A DNA stretch of 63,031 nt, counting the filler, from Octopus bimaculoides (Eukaryota): NCBI RefSeq assembly GCF_001194135.2. It is 7 parts of 6 records of this genome, joined end to end, with 100 filler letters (N's around TTAATTAATTAA, not from the genome) between each part and the next. Parts side by side here need not be neighbours in the genome. Positions count along the whole stretch, not along the records: positions 1 to 21,356 come from NC_068999.1; 6 more parts are not named here. The stretch is one strand, 5' to 3'. Below are positions 1 to 11,672 of this stretch, one piece after another (position 1 is the stretch's first letter; every line of letters begins with the position of its first letter). Position numbers and translations under genes: made by a program. The notes under the pieces are model-generated. The model did no database searches and was not told the origin of the DNA. It saw only the letters and a program-made list of their open reading frames with translations.

Positions 1-56
1 CAAATGACTGAAACAAGTAAAAGAATAAAAGAACAAAAGAATACATATACATGTGT

Positions 57-95
<39 letters not shown>

Positions 96-182
96 TATTA
101 TTAAGCTGTAATTAGCAGAACCATATACACGCGCACCTATGGCGGTGGGCAACTTTGTAAGGGGTTCTGATGATTATGGTTC

Positions 183-258
183 CATTACAAATCAGGCTGA
201 AGAGAAATAGACAGTCGGTAAGATTATTAAATTTGAAACCGGTACCTGTTTAATAATG
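183..258 (+). ncRNA. Type I hammerhead ribozyme motif (minimal, dimer-type)
   Basis: CTGAAGA 197-203 and GAAA 235-238. Palindromic stem III ACCGGT 238-243 gives a GUA cleavage triplet (242-244). Stem I CAGG 193-196 pairs with CCTG 245-248, with distal CATTA 183-187/TAATG 254-258. Stem II is weak (AAAT 205-208/ATTT 231-234). Confidence 0.6.
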
Positions 259-402
259 TTCCTTTTCGGTGATTTTAAATGTCTTGCCAGCTTACGTTTT
301 GGTATTACGCTATATTTCATGTTGAGAACAATTTAGGTCGTTTTAGACACAAGATGTGATCTATTTCTAGCACATTAAATGTCCACGTTAGTGGTCAACG
401 TC

Positions 403-786
403 AGGCCCAGGAAGACCTGGGCTGAGGTGGTGAGGCAAGACCTTCGTACATTGGGCCTCACCGAGGCGATGACTACTGACCGAGACCTTTGGAAATGTGC
501 TGTGCGTGAGAAGACCCGGCAAGCCAAGTAAGATCGTTGCCAGTGCCTCTTGTGCGGGTGGCACATGAGATGCACCATTTTGAGCGTGGCCGTTTTCGTG
601 CGGGTGACACGTAAAAGCACCCACTACACTCTCTGAGTGGTTGGCGTTAGGAAGGGCATCCAGCTGTAGAAACTCTGCCAAATTAGATTGGAGCCTGGTG
701 TTGCCATCCGGTTTCACCAGTCCTCAATCAAATCATCCAACCCATGCTAGCATGGAAAGCGGACGTTAAACGACGATGATGATGAT
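403..786 (+). mobile_element. 3' end of an RTE-clade LINE with 3' UTR and (GAT)n tail
   Basis: Translates RPRKTWAEVVRQDLRTLGLTEAMTTDRDLWKCAVREKTRQAK*, a typical RTE ORF C-terminus. Followed by GGCGTTAGGAAGGGCATCCAGCTGTAGAAAC...GCGGACGTTAAACGA(TGA)n. Related copies at 3772-4110, 8572-8734 and 47700-47880. Confidence 0.8.
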
Positions 787-1931
787 ATATAAAAATATAT
801 ATATATATAGATAGATGTGTCGTTCTGAGATTTAACATTGTATATATATATATATATATATGCGCATATACATACATACATACATATATACATACATATA
901 TATATATATATATATATGTACATATATATATATATGCGTATATACATACATATATATACATATACATACATACATAATACATACATACATACATACATAC
1001 ATACGTACGTACATAATTTTAAAACTGCACAACTTATCAAAGTCGAATCTCGTTTCTCTCTTTTTCCTTTTTTTCGCAACTTCCTTATTATACCAAGAGT
1101 GTTAAAATGACAGGAGCGATTAAATAGTTGAAACTGAGCAGAGAATTTAAGGAAAAGTTAAAATTTTATAGCTTCAAGGTAAATTTATCTACAGAGCATT
1201 GCTGTCACTGCTAGCATTCACGACGACCACCTCCACTATGCTCGCTGGAAAGCAAGATATAAAACCGAAAACATACAAAATAAAAATATATTAGAAATTA
1301 TGTGATAAATATTGCAAATAATTTTATTAAATTTCTGTAATGTTTTTGAGATGTTTATTTTCGAAAGTGCTGCAGCCAAATTAATCATGTCCTGAAACTG
1401 TTCAAATTTTGTAATTTAATGAAAATTATAGCGGGTGATGCTGGGGNNNNNNNNNNGGGGGGGGGGGTGGAGGAGTTGATGTTGTTGTTGTTGGTGTTGG
1501 TGGTGTTGATGGAGAAAGAGTAAAACAAATCGACGAAAATTGGCATGAAAGGGAAATGAAAAAGAAAAATGCATTATTGCATAAATTCTGATAGAAGAAG
1601 ACAGAGAGGAAGAGGAAAGAAAGATAGAGGAGAAGAGAGAGAGAGAGAGGAAGAGAGAGAGAAGAAGAGAGAGAGACTGTGTGACAGAGAGAGACGGTGG
1701 TTGAGGTGACAGAACGTGAAAAAAAGGAGAGGAAGAGAGAGAGAGGAAGAGAGAGAGAAAGGAAGAGAGAGAGAGGGGAAGAGAGACGCAAAGTAACAAA
1801 GAGTTGAAAAGAAAGAGTGGGAGAGACTGAGGCATATGTCTATCTATCTACCTCTCTCTCTCTCTATCTATATATCGATCTCTCTATCTATCTATCTGCA
1901 TAGCTATATATGTATGGATATAGATATATAG

Positions 1932-1962
<31 letters not shown>

Positions 1963-2136
1963 CATACACACACACACACACATACACATGCAGCTAGATA
2001 GATAAATAGATAGACAGACAGACAGGCAAACAGGCAGACAAACAGACGGAAGCAAAAATAGATAGATAGATAGATAGATAGATAGGTGCGAGTGCGACAA
2101 TATGCATAAAAGTGTTTGTGAGAGAAAGAAAAAGAG

Positions 2137-2183
<47 letters not shown>

Positions 2184-2274
2184 GAGACGGAACGAGAAAG
2201 AAATTGAGATAAGTTCAAAGGGAGGTAACCTTGGTGTTACTAATTGTACTAAAACGTTTGATATACTTACTTCG

Positions 2275-2306
<32 letters not shown>

Positions 2307-2480
2307 ACTGAACGTAACAGATAATCATTATTACCCTCGCGCTCGTGGGTTATTATAATAAATAAATATATAAATATTAGACAAGAAACTGTAAACAACG
2401 TCTTACCAAGTATAGTCATTTCTTTTAACAAAAAACCATATGCTCTTACCGATTTATTTTCACAGTATTGAATATGTATA

Positions 2481-2683
2481 AGCGAAGGCGTGGCTGTGTG
2501 GTAAGAAGCTTGCTTCTCAACCACAAGGATCCGGGTTCAGTTCCACTGCGTGGTACCTTGGGCAAGTGTCTTCTACTGTAGCTTCGGGCCGACCGAAAAC
2601 CTTGTGAGTGGATTTAGTAGACGGAAACTGAAAGAAGCTCGTACCATATATGTATATACATATATGTTTGTGTTTGTCACCCC
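2481..2683 (+). mobile_element. tRNA-head SINE (family A), runs into an N gap
   Basis: A-box-like GTGGCTGTGTGGTAAG and B-box-like GGTTCAGTTCC, then CCTTGGGCAAGTGTCTTCTACT. Many copies in the window. Confidence 0.8.
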
Positions 2684-3076
2684 NNNNNNNNNNNNNNNNN
2701 NNNNNNNNNNNNNNNNNNNNNNNNNNNNNNNNNNNNNNNNNNNNNNNNNNNNNNNNNNNNNNNNNNNNNNNNNNNNNNNNNNNNNNNNNNNNNNNNNNNN
2801 NNNNNNNNNNNNNNNNNNNNNNNNNNNNNNNNNNNNNNNNNNNNNNNNNNNNNNNNNNNNNNNNNNNNNNNNNNNNNNNNNNNNNNNNNNNNNNNNNNNN
2901 NNNNNNNNNNNNNNNNNNNNNNNNNNNNNNNNNNNNNNNNNNNNNNNNNNNNNNNNNNNNNNNNNNNNNNNNNNNNNNNNNNNNNNNNNNNNNNNNNNNN
3001 NNNNNNNNNNNNNNNNNNNNNNNNNNNNNNNNNNNNNNNNNNNNNNNNNNNNNNNNNNNNNNNNNNNNNNNNNNTA

Positions 3077-3392
3077 TACGACAGGCTTCTTTCAGTTTCC
3101 GTTTACCAAATCCACTCACAAGGCTTTGGTCAGCCCAAGGCTATAGTAGAAGAAACTTGCCCAAGGTGCCAAGTGGGACTGAACCCAGAACCATGTGGTT
3201 GGTAAGCAAGCTACTTACCACACAGCCACTCCTACGACAGGCTTCTTTCAGTTTCCGTCTACCAAATCCACTCACAAGGCTTTGGTCAGCCCAAGGCTAT
3301 AGTAGAAGACACTTGCCCAAGGTGCCATGCAGTGGGACTGAACCCGGAACCATGTTGCTGAGAAGAAAGCTTCATACCACATACCCACACCG
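3077..3392 (-). mobile_element. Tandem pair of family A SINE 5' halves
   Basis: Two highly similar units starting TACGACAGGCTTCTTTCAG at 3077 and 3233 (period 156). Confidence 0.8.
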
Positions 3393-3771
3393 GCACCCTT
3401 GAATACAAAGTCAATTCCCTGAAGACACCCTGATATTAATTCTACATTTCTGATAATTTATTAATGGTAATTTCTTCCAGCAAGAGACAGCAACCATCTA
3501 TGGAATAATTAGCCATGGAGTTTATATCCTATAGCTTGCTATATCACTTTAATTACAATATATATAATATTGTTTTCTATTATCAGCTCACTTTTATGTA
3601 TTCTTACCATTCATGATGTCTGCTACCAAACCATAGAGTCTTCACAATGCCAAGAATCTATTCCGTAATGGTTTCTAATGGTCATATCATTCTGTATACG
3701 TATAGCTATACAATAGCATTCAATATTACACGCACACACAGACACACATAGATATCTATATGTGTGTGTAT

Positions 3772-4110
3772 CATCATTTTCATCATCGTTGTTTAACATC
3801 CGCTTTCCATGCTAGCATGGGTTGGACGGTTTGACTGAGGGCTGGAAAGCCGGGAGGCTGCACCAGGCTCCAATCTGGTTTGGCAAGGTTTTTACAGCTA
3901 GATGCCCTTCCTTATGCCAACCACTCCGAGAGTGTAGTGGGTGCTTTTACGTGCCTCCAGCACAAGGGCCAGTCGGTTGGTTCTGGCAACGACCACGCAC
4001 AAAAGGTGTTTTTTATGTGCTGCCTGCACGGGAGCCGTTCCAGCGGCACTGGCAACGACCAGGCTCGGATGTTGTTTTTCACGTGCCACTGGCACATGTG
4101 CCGGTAAGGC
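3772..4110 (-). mobile_element. RTE-tailed element with internal ~65-bp tandem units
   Basis: Reverse complement of the RTE tail seen at 624-786, plus about 2.5 degenerate units containing CTGGCAACGACC and TTTT(T/C)ACGTGC. Confidence 0.7.
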
Positions 4111-4121
4111 GACACTGTGTG

Positions 4122-4159
<38 letters not shown>

Positions 4160-4697
4160 ACAACAAGCATCAAATGATGATATATATATATACACACGTA
4201 CACACATATATATAGCTGTGCATGTATGTGTATGTATATGTGTGTATGTATATATGTGTGTGTATGTGTATACATAGATGCATATATATGCATACATATA
4301 TGTATATGTAAATTTGAATGTGCATACATATATATATATGGACACTACTTGATAACCTTTGTTGGTTTGTTTATGACCCTATAATGTAGCAGTTCAGCGT
4401 AAGAGATCAACAGAATAAGTGCCAAGTTTAAAAATATTTACTGGGGTCAATATGTTCAACTATGGCTGAAACAAATAAAAGATAAAAAAATGATATATGG
4501 CTATGTACATATACATATAGAAAAAATACTAATAAGCAGAAAACCAATGTAGTATTCAATGCTTTATAGGACATACATGTGTTTCAGTGAAATGCCAAAA
4601 TGATTACATAACTCCAGAAGAACATTATGCAATCAGGCACCTCACCTCATCAGTGTCCTACAATAAATACAATTGATGTTAAAGTTTCAGATATATA

Positions 4698-4746
<49 letters not shown>

Positions 4747-4959
4747 TTTCCTGAACTATGCAAATAATTAATAACCTCGCATGTCACATAAGTAGCAGGG
4801 GATCAAACAGTATCATATCAAGGAAGTCACAACAACTCTATGTTTTTCTCAAAACCAAAGGAGGGGGATGGAGAGAGAGAGAGAGTGATACATCCTTGCA
4901 TCAGTAGTTACCTTGTTTGGTAAAGGGTTGTTTTTGTCAAAGAAGCTATGGTCTTTTTT

Positions 4960-5530
4960 GGTGATGGCAGTGATAATGGAATTGTACATTATTGGTAACC
5001 AAGTTGGTAGAGGATGGGTCTGTAATTCTTCAGGCTCTACATGTGAACAACTCCAGGCATTTCTGAAGAATTTTGATGATGCCATTGTAGACCCAAGTGA
5101 GGAGGTATTCGCAGATGCGGGACAGGTTCTGGATCCAGAAGTTGGCAATTCCATGTACCCCAGTGCCTTCCATTTATTAGACATCTTTATAGAAGCAGTG
5201 AGTTCACTGGTGCTGATGTCTGACCATTTCTGGTGCTGCATATTTTCGAGTTGGCCCTGTTATTGTAGGATCCATATAACACTTCTGGTATATTTTAAAT
5301 CTTTTCCAAGAACTCCTAAACTCTTTGACTCCTTTGATATTATTGAGTATTTCATTGACAGTTATCTTCTTCTTGCCCAGATCAGAGGTGGTCTTTTTGA
5401 TACATTCTTCAAAGGTCTTGTTTCACCTGAAGAACATGCCGATTTCCTTGTGTTTCCCCATCTCTGCTTCTTTTATCCGTTGCTTCAATGTCTCTTTAAA
5501 ATTTTTGGTTTTTCGTCCTTCTTTTAAATT
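4960..5530 (-). mobile_element. Dong/R4-like LINE fragment (region just upstream of RT)
   Basis: Minus-strand peptides KWSDISTSELTASIKMSNKWKALG and KETLKQRIK...; stops and frameshifts. Homologous region to 26470-26850. Confidence 0.65.
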
Positions 5531-6143
5531 TTTTTTTTATCCTTTCTTTTACTTGTTTCAGTTATTAGACTGCGGCCATGTTAGAGCACTGTTTTGAAGA
5601 ATTCTAGTCAAACAAATTCACTCCAGTATTTGTTAGTTTTTGAGAGAGAAGGCAAAGAGGATTGGGAGGGAGGGAGGGAGGACAGGGAGAGAAGGGGAGA
5701 GAAGGGGAGAGAGAGGAAAGGAGGGGGACTGAGCTACAACAAAAAAAAAGTTGTTTGCTCAATTGCAATTATGTCTGTAATGAAAAGTAAAAAAAAAATT
5801 GTTAGCCTTAATGACAATTCTTGTCAAAAACAGCCAAGGGAGATAACTCTGAAATTCCTAATTGATTAAAAGGAAGAAATTAAAAGATTCATTAGGATTA
5901 TGATTTCAATCAGTGGTGAGATGTTTGTGCCAGCGACAGAGACATTTAATTGTGGGTTGGTGACAGGAAAGGCATCTGGTTGTAGAAACTCTGCCTCTAT
6001 GAATTTAGTTTGATCCATGCAAACAAGGAGAAGTGGACATTGAAATGATAATGAAGATGATGATAAATATTTATATCAATCTATCTGATGATGGCTTAAC
6101 TGGTCGAAACTTCAAAGTTACTGTCAATAACATTCTTGTTTAA

Positions 6144-6348
6144 CCCTTTCGTTACCAACTCAGTTGAAACCGGCTCTATCTTGTTTTAATAGGTTTTGAA
6201 TTAAAATCTTCGACCAAACCTTAGTCACAATTTATGTTTCTAACACTAGCTGAATGATAACTAAAGTTGTTTTACTAAATTCTTTCTTATATTTAAAGTA
6301 ATTCAAAGAAACAAAGAGCATCTCAAAATAAATACAGTAACAGAAGGG
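6144..6348. mobile_element. piggyBac-type MITE
   Basis: TTAA 6140-6143 then CCCTTTCGTTACC. Right end AGTAACAGAAGGG then TTAC. Imperfect 13-bp TIR with CCC/GGG termini and a near-TTAA target. Confidence 0.6.
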
Positions 6349-7236
6349 TTACAAAGGTATAAAATAACCAATCAGATTAATGTAACAGTTTTTTTTTAAT
6401 TATAATTAAACAAACGGTGGTAAGCTGGCAGAATTGTTAATATGCCACTGTGTGGCACTTTGGGCAAGTGTCCTCCACTATAACCTTGGGCCAACCAAAT
6501 CCTTGTGCATGGATTTGATAGACAGAAACTGAAATAAGCCTGTCATATATATATATATACATATATATATTCCTCCCTGTGCCTCTGAAATCTTGTATCC
6601 CTGTCGTAAGGCTTTACTTCCACACACCAGCTTAATTTAATTTGTCCTTAGTCGAAAGACACCTGTTTTTATGTCCTGTTATTTGCTTTTGTGTAACATT
6701 CTCCATTTTTTTCCCATTCTTGTTTTTATATACATTTGCTGCTTTCTTCCAAGGAATCTAATGCTCTTAGCTTAGTTTTTTCTTGGGGCTGGCCAGAGTG
6801 GAGCAATCTCGAGTATAACCAGCTGAAATTGCAAAGATAATCTGGAACTCGATTGAGGAAAGAAAACTCCGAATGACCTGTCCTTATTTTCTTTATATCG
6901 CCTATCTAGAAGTTTTGTTTATGTGTGTGTGAATCTGTGTATATGTGTCTTTGTGCCTGTGTTTCCCCCCACCCCTCACTGCTTGACAACCGATGTTGGT
7001 GTGTTGACGCTCCCATAACTTAGCATTTTTACAAAAGAGATTGCTGAGTACTAGGCTTGAAAATAAGTTCCGGAGATGATTTGTTCGACTAAAATTCTTC
7101 AAGATTGTGCTCCAGTATGGCCACAGTCAAATGATGGAAACCAGTAAGAAAATAAGAGAGTAAGATCAAATATATACACAATTATGCATATGTATGTCTG
7201 TGTGTGTTTCTATATATGTGTGTGTGTGTTTCTATA

Positions 7237-7270
<34 letters not shown>

Positions 7271-7863
7271 CACACATGTATTTGGCTGGTTCATTAGTTG
7301 ATTGATTAGTTATTCGGTTGGTTCGTTGATCTGAGTCTTAGAGAAAGAATCATGGCAAATAGATTCATAAAAAAAACAAAAATAGTGGAAAAAAAGAAGG
7401 AAAGAGAAAGAAAAGAAAGAACAAAAGAATGAAAGAAGAAAGTGGGGGAAAAGAAAGGAAGAAGCAAACTTGAAGACACTATTATTGTGCAGGTGGTTCT
7501 CCAGGATATCGGGGTGCTGGAGAGGCTGGTTGGAGAGGCTGGTTGGAGAGGTAGATTTCTGGACACGCCCATAGTTGATGAAAGATATGAAGGAATGGAA
7601 CAGCCCTTCCCCTCCCATCCTACTTCTGACACACACACACACATCTACTTACATAGAAGCACACACACGAGCACATACATATGTGCATACATATATACAT
7701 ATATGTATATATATACAGATATATACATATACATATATATATATACATACACACACACACAGACACACACATATATATATATATATATACACACACACAG
7801 ATATATAGTAAGATAATAGGGTAATGCCATTAGTAGGCGAGTATATATCATCATCATCATCAT

Positions 7864-7900
<37 letters not shown>

Positions 7901-8385
7901 AACATATACACATATACATATATAATAAACACACACATATATTCCCTCATACATTCAGACACATTCATACACACATATATACGCATACATATATACATAC
8001 ATACATATATATACATACACACATGCACATACTTATGCATACAAATACATACACATAGAGACAGAACACACACACACATATACACATATGTATGTATGTA
8101 TGCATGCATGTATGTATGTATGTATGTATGTGTGTATGTGTGTATGTATGTATGTGTGTGTGTATGTATGTATGTATGTATGTATGCATGGATGTGTGTT
8201 GTATTTCTAGATCTTTCTGCCAATGGAAGAAGAACAGTTTTCTAACTTACACCCAAGGCTCCTTCATTGGAATTTCAACAACCCCAATAGCATAGTTGTC
8301 CACGCATACCTAGGAATACATGCAAGTATTTGGCATCAGTGCAGGTGCAAATCTGTATGTTTTCTCTTACATATGTACATTAATA

Positions 8386-8963
8386 GGCGTAGGAGTGGCT
8401 GTGTGGTAAGTAGCTTGCTTACCAACCACATGGTTCCGGGTTCAGTCCCACTGTGTGGCACCTTGGGCAAGTGTCTTCCACTATAGCCTCAGGCCAACCG
8501 AAGCCTTGTGAGTAGATTTGGTAGACAGAAGCTGAAAGAAGCCCATCGTATATATGTATATATGTATATATCTACACTCTCTGAGTGGTTGGCGTTAGGA
8601 AAGGCATCCAGCTGTAGAAACTCTGCCAAATTAGATTGGAGCCTGGTGTTGCCATCCGGTTTCACCAGTCCTCAGTCAAATCGTCCAACCCATGCTAGCA
8701 TGGAAAGCGGACGTTAAACGATGATGATGATGATATATGTATGTGTGTGTATATGTTTGTGTGTCTGTGTTTGTCCCCCCACCATCGCTTGACAACCGGT
8801 GCTGGTGTGTTTACGCCCCCGTAACTTAGCGGTTCGGTAAAAGGGTTCGATAGAATAAGTACTAGGCTTCCAAAGAATAAGTCCTGGGGTCGATTTGCTC
8901 GACTAAAGGCGGTGCTCCAGCATGGCCACAGTCATGTGACTGAAACAAATAAAGGAGTAAAAG
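8386..8963 (+). mobile_element. Family A SINE with a nested RTE-tail insertion (8572-8734)
   Basis: tRNA-like head 8386-8545, TA/CA spacer interrupted by an RTE tail, and 3' module ending GGTGCTCCAGCATGGCCACAGTC...GAAAC(AAGAGTAA)n. Confidence 0.8.
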
Positions 8964-9019
8964 AGTAAAAGAGTAAAAGAGTAATGCATATAACTGCATG
9001 TCTAGAAATTCACATATAT

Positions 9020-9225
9020 ATATATTGTTCTATGTGTTTCGGTCATTTGACCGAGGTCATGCTGGAGCACTGCTTTTAGTCGAACAAATCGACCCCAGGG
9101 TTTATTCTTTGTAAGCCTAGTACTCATTCTATCAGAGTCTTTTTGCTGGACCGCTAAGTTATGGGGACATAAACACACCGACATCGGTTGTTAAGCTATG
9201 TTGGGAGGACAAACACAGACAGACA
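9020..9225 (-). mobile_element. Family A SINE 3' module
   Basis: Reverse complement of 8760-8960. Confidence 0.7.
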
Positions 9226-9363
9226 CACACACATGCACACATGTACATTTATGCACACACACATACATACATACACACACACACACGCACCTATACTGTC
9301 CATCTCTGCTCTGCTCTCATACAGACATACAGTCTGTATGTCTTTTCACTCTCCTCCGCATCT

Positions 9364-9402
<39 letters not shown>

Positions 9403-9406
9403 ACAA

Positions 9407-9639
9407 GGCGGCGTGCTGGCAGAAACGTTAGCACGCCGGGCGAAATGGCTCAGCGGTATTTCGTCTGCCGCAACGTTCTGAGTTCAAATTCCGCCGAGGT
9501 CGACTTAGCCTTTCATCCTTTCGAGGTCGATTAAATAAGTACCAGTTACGCACTGGGGTCGATGTAGTCGACTTAATCCGTTTGTCTGTCCTTGTTTGTC
9601 CTCTCTGCGTATAGCCCCTTGTGGGTAGTAAAGAAATAA
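9407..9639 (+). mobile_element. tRNA-head SINE (family B, Meta/MESC-like central domain)
   Basis: GGCGGCGTGCTGGCAGAA...GAGTTCAAATTCC (B box), GCCTTTCATCCTTTCGAGGTCGATTAAATAAGTACCAG, ending AAAGAAATAA. The domain name is from recall. Confidence 0.8.
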
Positions 9640-9897
9640 CACACNNNNNNNNNNNNNNNNNNNNNNNNNNNNNNNNNNNNNNNNNNNNNNNNNNNNNNNN
9701 NNNNNNNNNNNNNNNNNNNNNNNNNNNNNNNNNNNNNNNNNNNNNNNNNNNNNNNNNNNNNNNNNNNNNNNNNNNNNNNNNNNNNNNNNNNNNNNNNNNN
9801 NNNNNNNNNNNNNNNNNNNNNNNNNNNNNNNNNNNNNNNNNNNNNNNNNNNNNNNNNNNNNNNNNNNNNNNNNNNNNNNNNNNNNNNNNNNNNNNNN

Positions 9898-10290
9898 CTC
9901 GCACATAAACACTCACACAAACACACACACTCTCCCTCACACACACACTCACACAAACACACACTCTCTCTCGCACATAAACACTCACACAACATACTCT
10001 CCCTCGCACACACACATACACCCACACTCTCTCTCACACAAACACACACACTCTCCCTCGCACACACACACACACTCACTCACACAAACACACACTCTCC
10101 CTCGCACATAAACACTCACACAAACACACACACTCTCCCTCACACACACACTCACACAAACACACACTCTCTCTCGCACATAAACACTCACACAACATAC
10201 TCTCCCTCGCACACACACATACACCCACACTCTCTCTCACACAAACACACACACTCTCCCTCACACACACACACGCACACACACTACACA
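9898..10290. repeat. Higher-order CA/CT compound repeat, period 203 bp
   Basis: The block starting CTCGCACATAAACACTCACACAAAC at 9898 recurs at 10101 with about 160 bp identical. Confidence 0.8.
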
Positions 10291-10891
10291 CCCACCTACT
10301 TTGGCAGATCTATAACTCCAGGCTTGTATTCAGCTTCTGACTTTAATTATAAATTCTCTCCATCTTTGTATTGTGATGCAGTTTACCAAGCAACAGTGAA
10401 AACAAAAGCGTGTCGCATAAAGCATGGCTCGTGGTCATACAACTTCCATTAGGCCATGCTGCCACACTCTTTGATACAGCGTAACGCTGGTAATTAGCCA
10501 AATGTTTGATATATATCTATATTGAACCATTTCATGGTTATACACCTCCTAATTAGCAGACACTACTGAAAATCTTGTTGTGGCTGTGTATTTAGGCTCA
10601 GCTCAGCTTCCATCGTGCAGAATTATGATCAAAAACGTCCTAACCACGACCATCATGTCAGTTTTTTTTAAAGGTATAATTTTGAAGGGATGTGGCCCAG
10701 TGGTTAAGGCGTTGCACTCATTGCAGGTTCAATTCTTGGCCCAAGCAGTGCATGTTATGTTCTTCCGCTGAGTTTTCATCGTGCAGAATTATGATCAAAA
10801 ACATCCTAGCCATGACCATCATGTCAGTTTTTTTTAAAGGTTTAATTTTGAAGGAGTGTGGCCCTGTGTTTGTGGGAGGGTTCAATCATAT

Positions 10892-11020
10892 GTAGGGTGT
10901 GATTTGAGGGAAACTTGGTTGCTATTTCTAGCAAGTAGGGTGTGATTTGGGAGAGATTTGGTAGCTATTTCTAGCAAGTAAGGTATGATTTGAGGGAGAC
11001 TTGATTGTTATTTCTAGCAG
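10892..11020. repeat. 43-bp minisatellite x3
   Basis: GTAGGGTGTGATTTGAGGGAAACTTGGTTGCTATTTCTAGCAA-like units at 10892, 10935 and 10978. Confidence 0.85.
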
Positions 11021-11279
11021 AGTCAGTGACTACTTAGGCTCTTCAGATGTATTTGATGTTATTTTTGTCTAAGGCAGGTTTTGACCAAATCTAGTTCAAC
11101 ATGAAAACTGTGTCCTTCTCTCTTTTCTTAACCCAGTGGTTCTCAACCAGGGTCCATATGGCCCTTGAGGGCTCATGTAAGATATTTGGGAGTCCATGCA
11201 GTAAAATAGGAAATTGGGGATCCAGAATAGTATTTTTAGGGTCCCTCAATAAATTTTGCTTTAGATGTATGCATACTCT

Positions 11280-11672
11280 CTCTTTTACTCTTTTACTTGT
11301 TTCAGTCATTTGACTGCGGCCGTGCTGGAGCACCGCCTTTAGTCGAGCAAATCGACCTCAGGACTTATTCTTTGTAAGCCTAGTACTTATTCTATTGGTC
11401 TCTTTTTCCGAACCGCTAAGTTACGGGGGACGTAAACACACCAGCATTGGTTGTCAAGCGATGTTTGGGGGAGACAAACACAGACACACATATATATATA
11501 CATATACATATATATACGACGGGCTTCTTTCAGTTTCCATCTGGCAAATCCACTCACAAGGCTTTGGTCGGCCTGAGGCTATAGTAGAAGACACTTGCCC
11601 AAGGTGCCACACAGTGGGACTGAACCTGGAACCATGTGGTTGGGAAGCAAGTTTCTTAGCATACAACCATGC
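11280..11672 (-). mobile_element. Near full-length family A SINE
   Basis: Head, microsatellite spacer and 3' module are all present in reverse complement. Confidence 0.8.

Noticed and set aside
4913-5527. 204-aa plus-strand ORF
   Set aside because: It is the antisense shadow of the Dong/R4 fragment, with no recognisable domain.
10892-11020. 43-bp repeats as a CRISPR-like array
   Set aside because: The units are contiguous with no unique spacers, the DNA is eukaryotic, and no cas genes are present.
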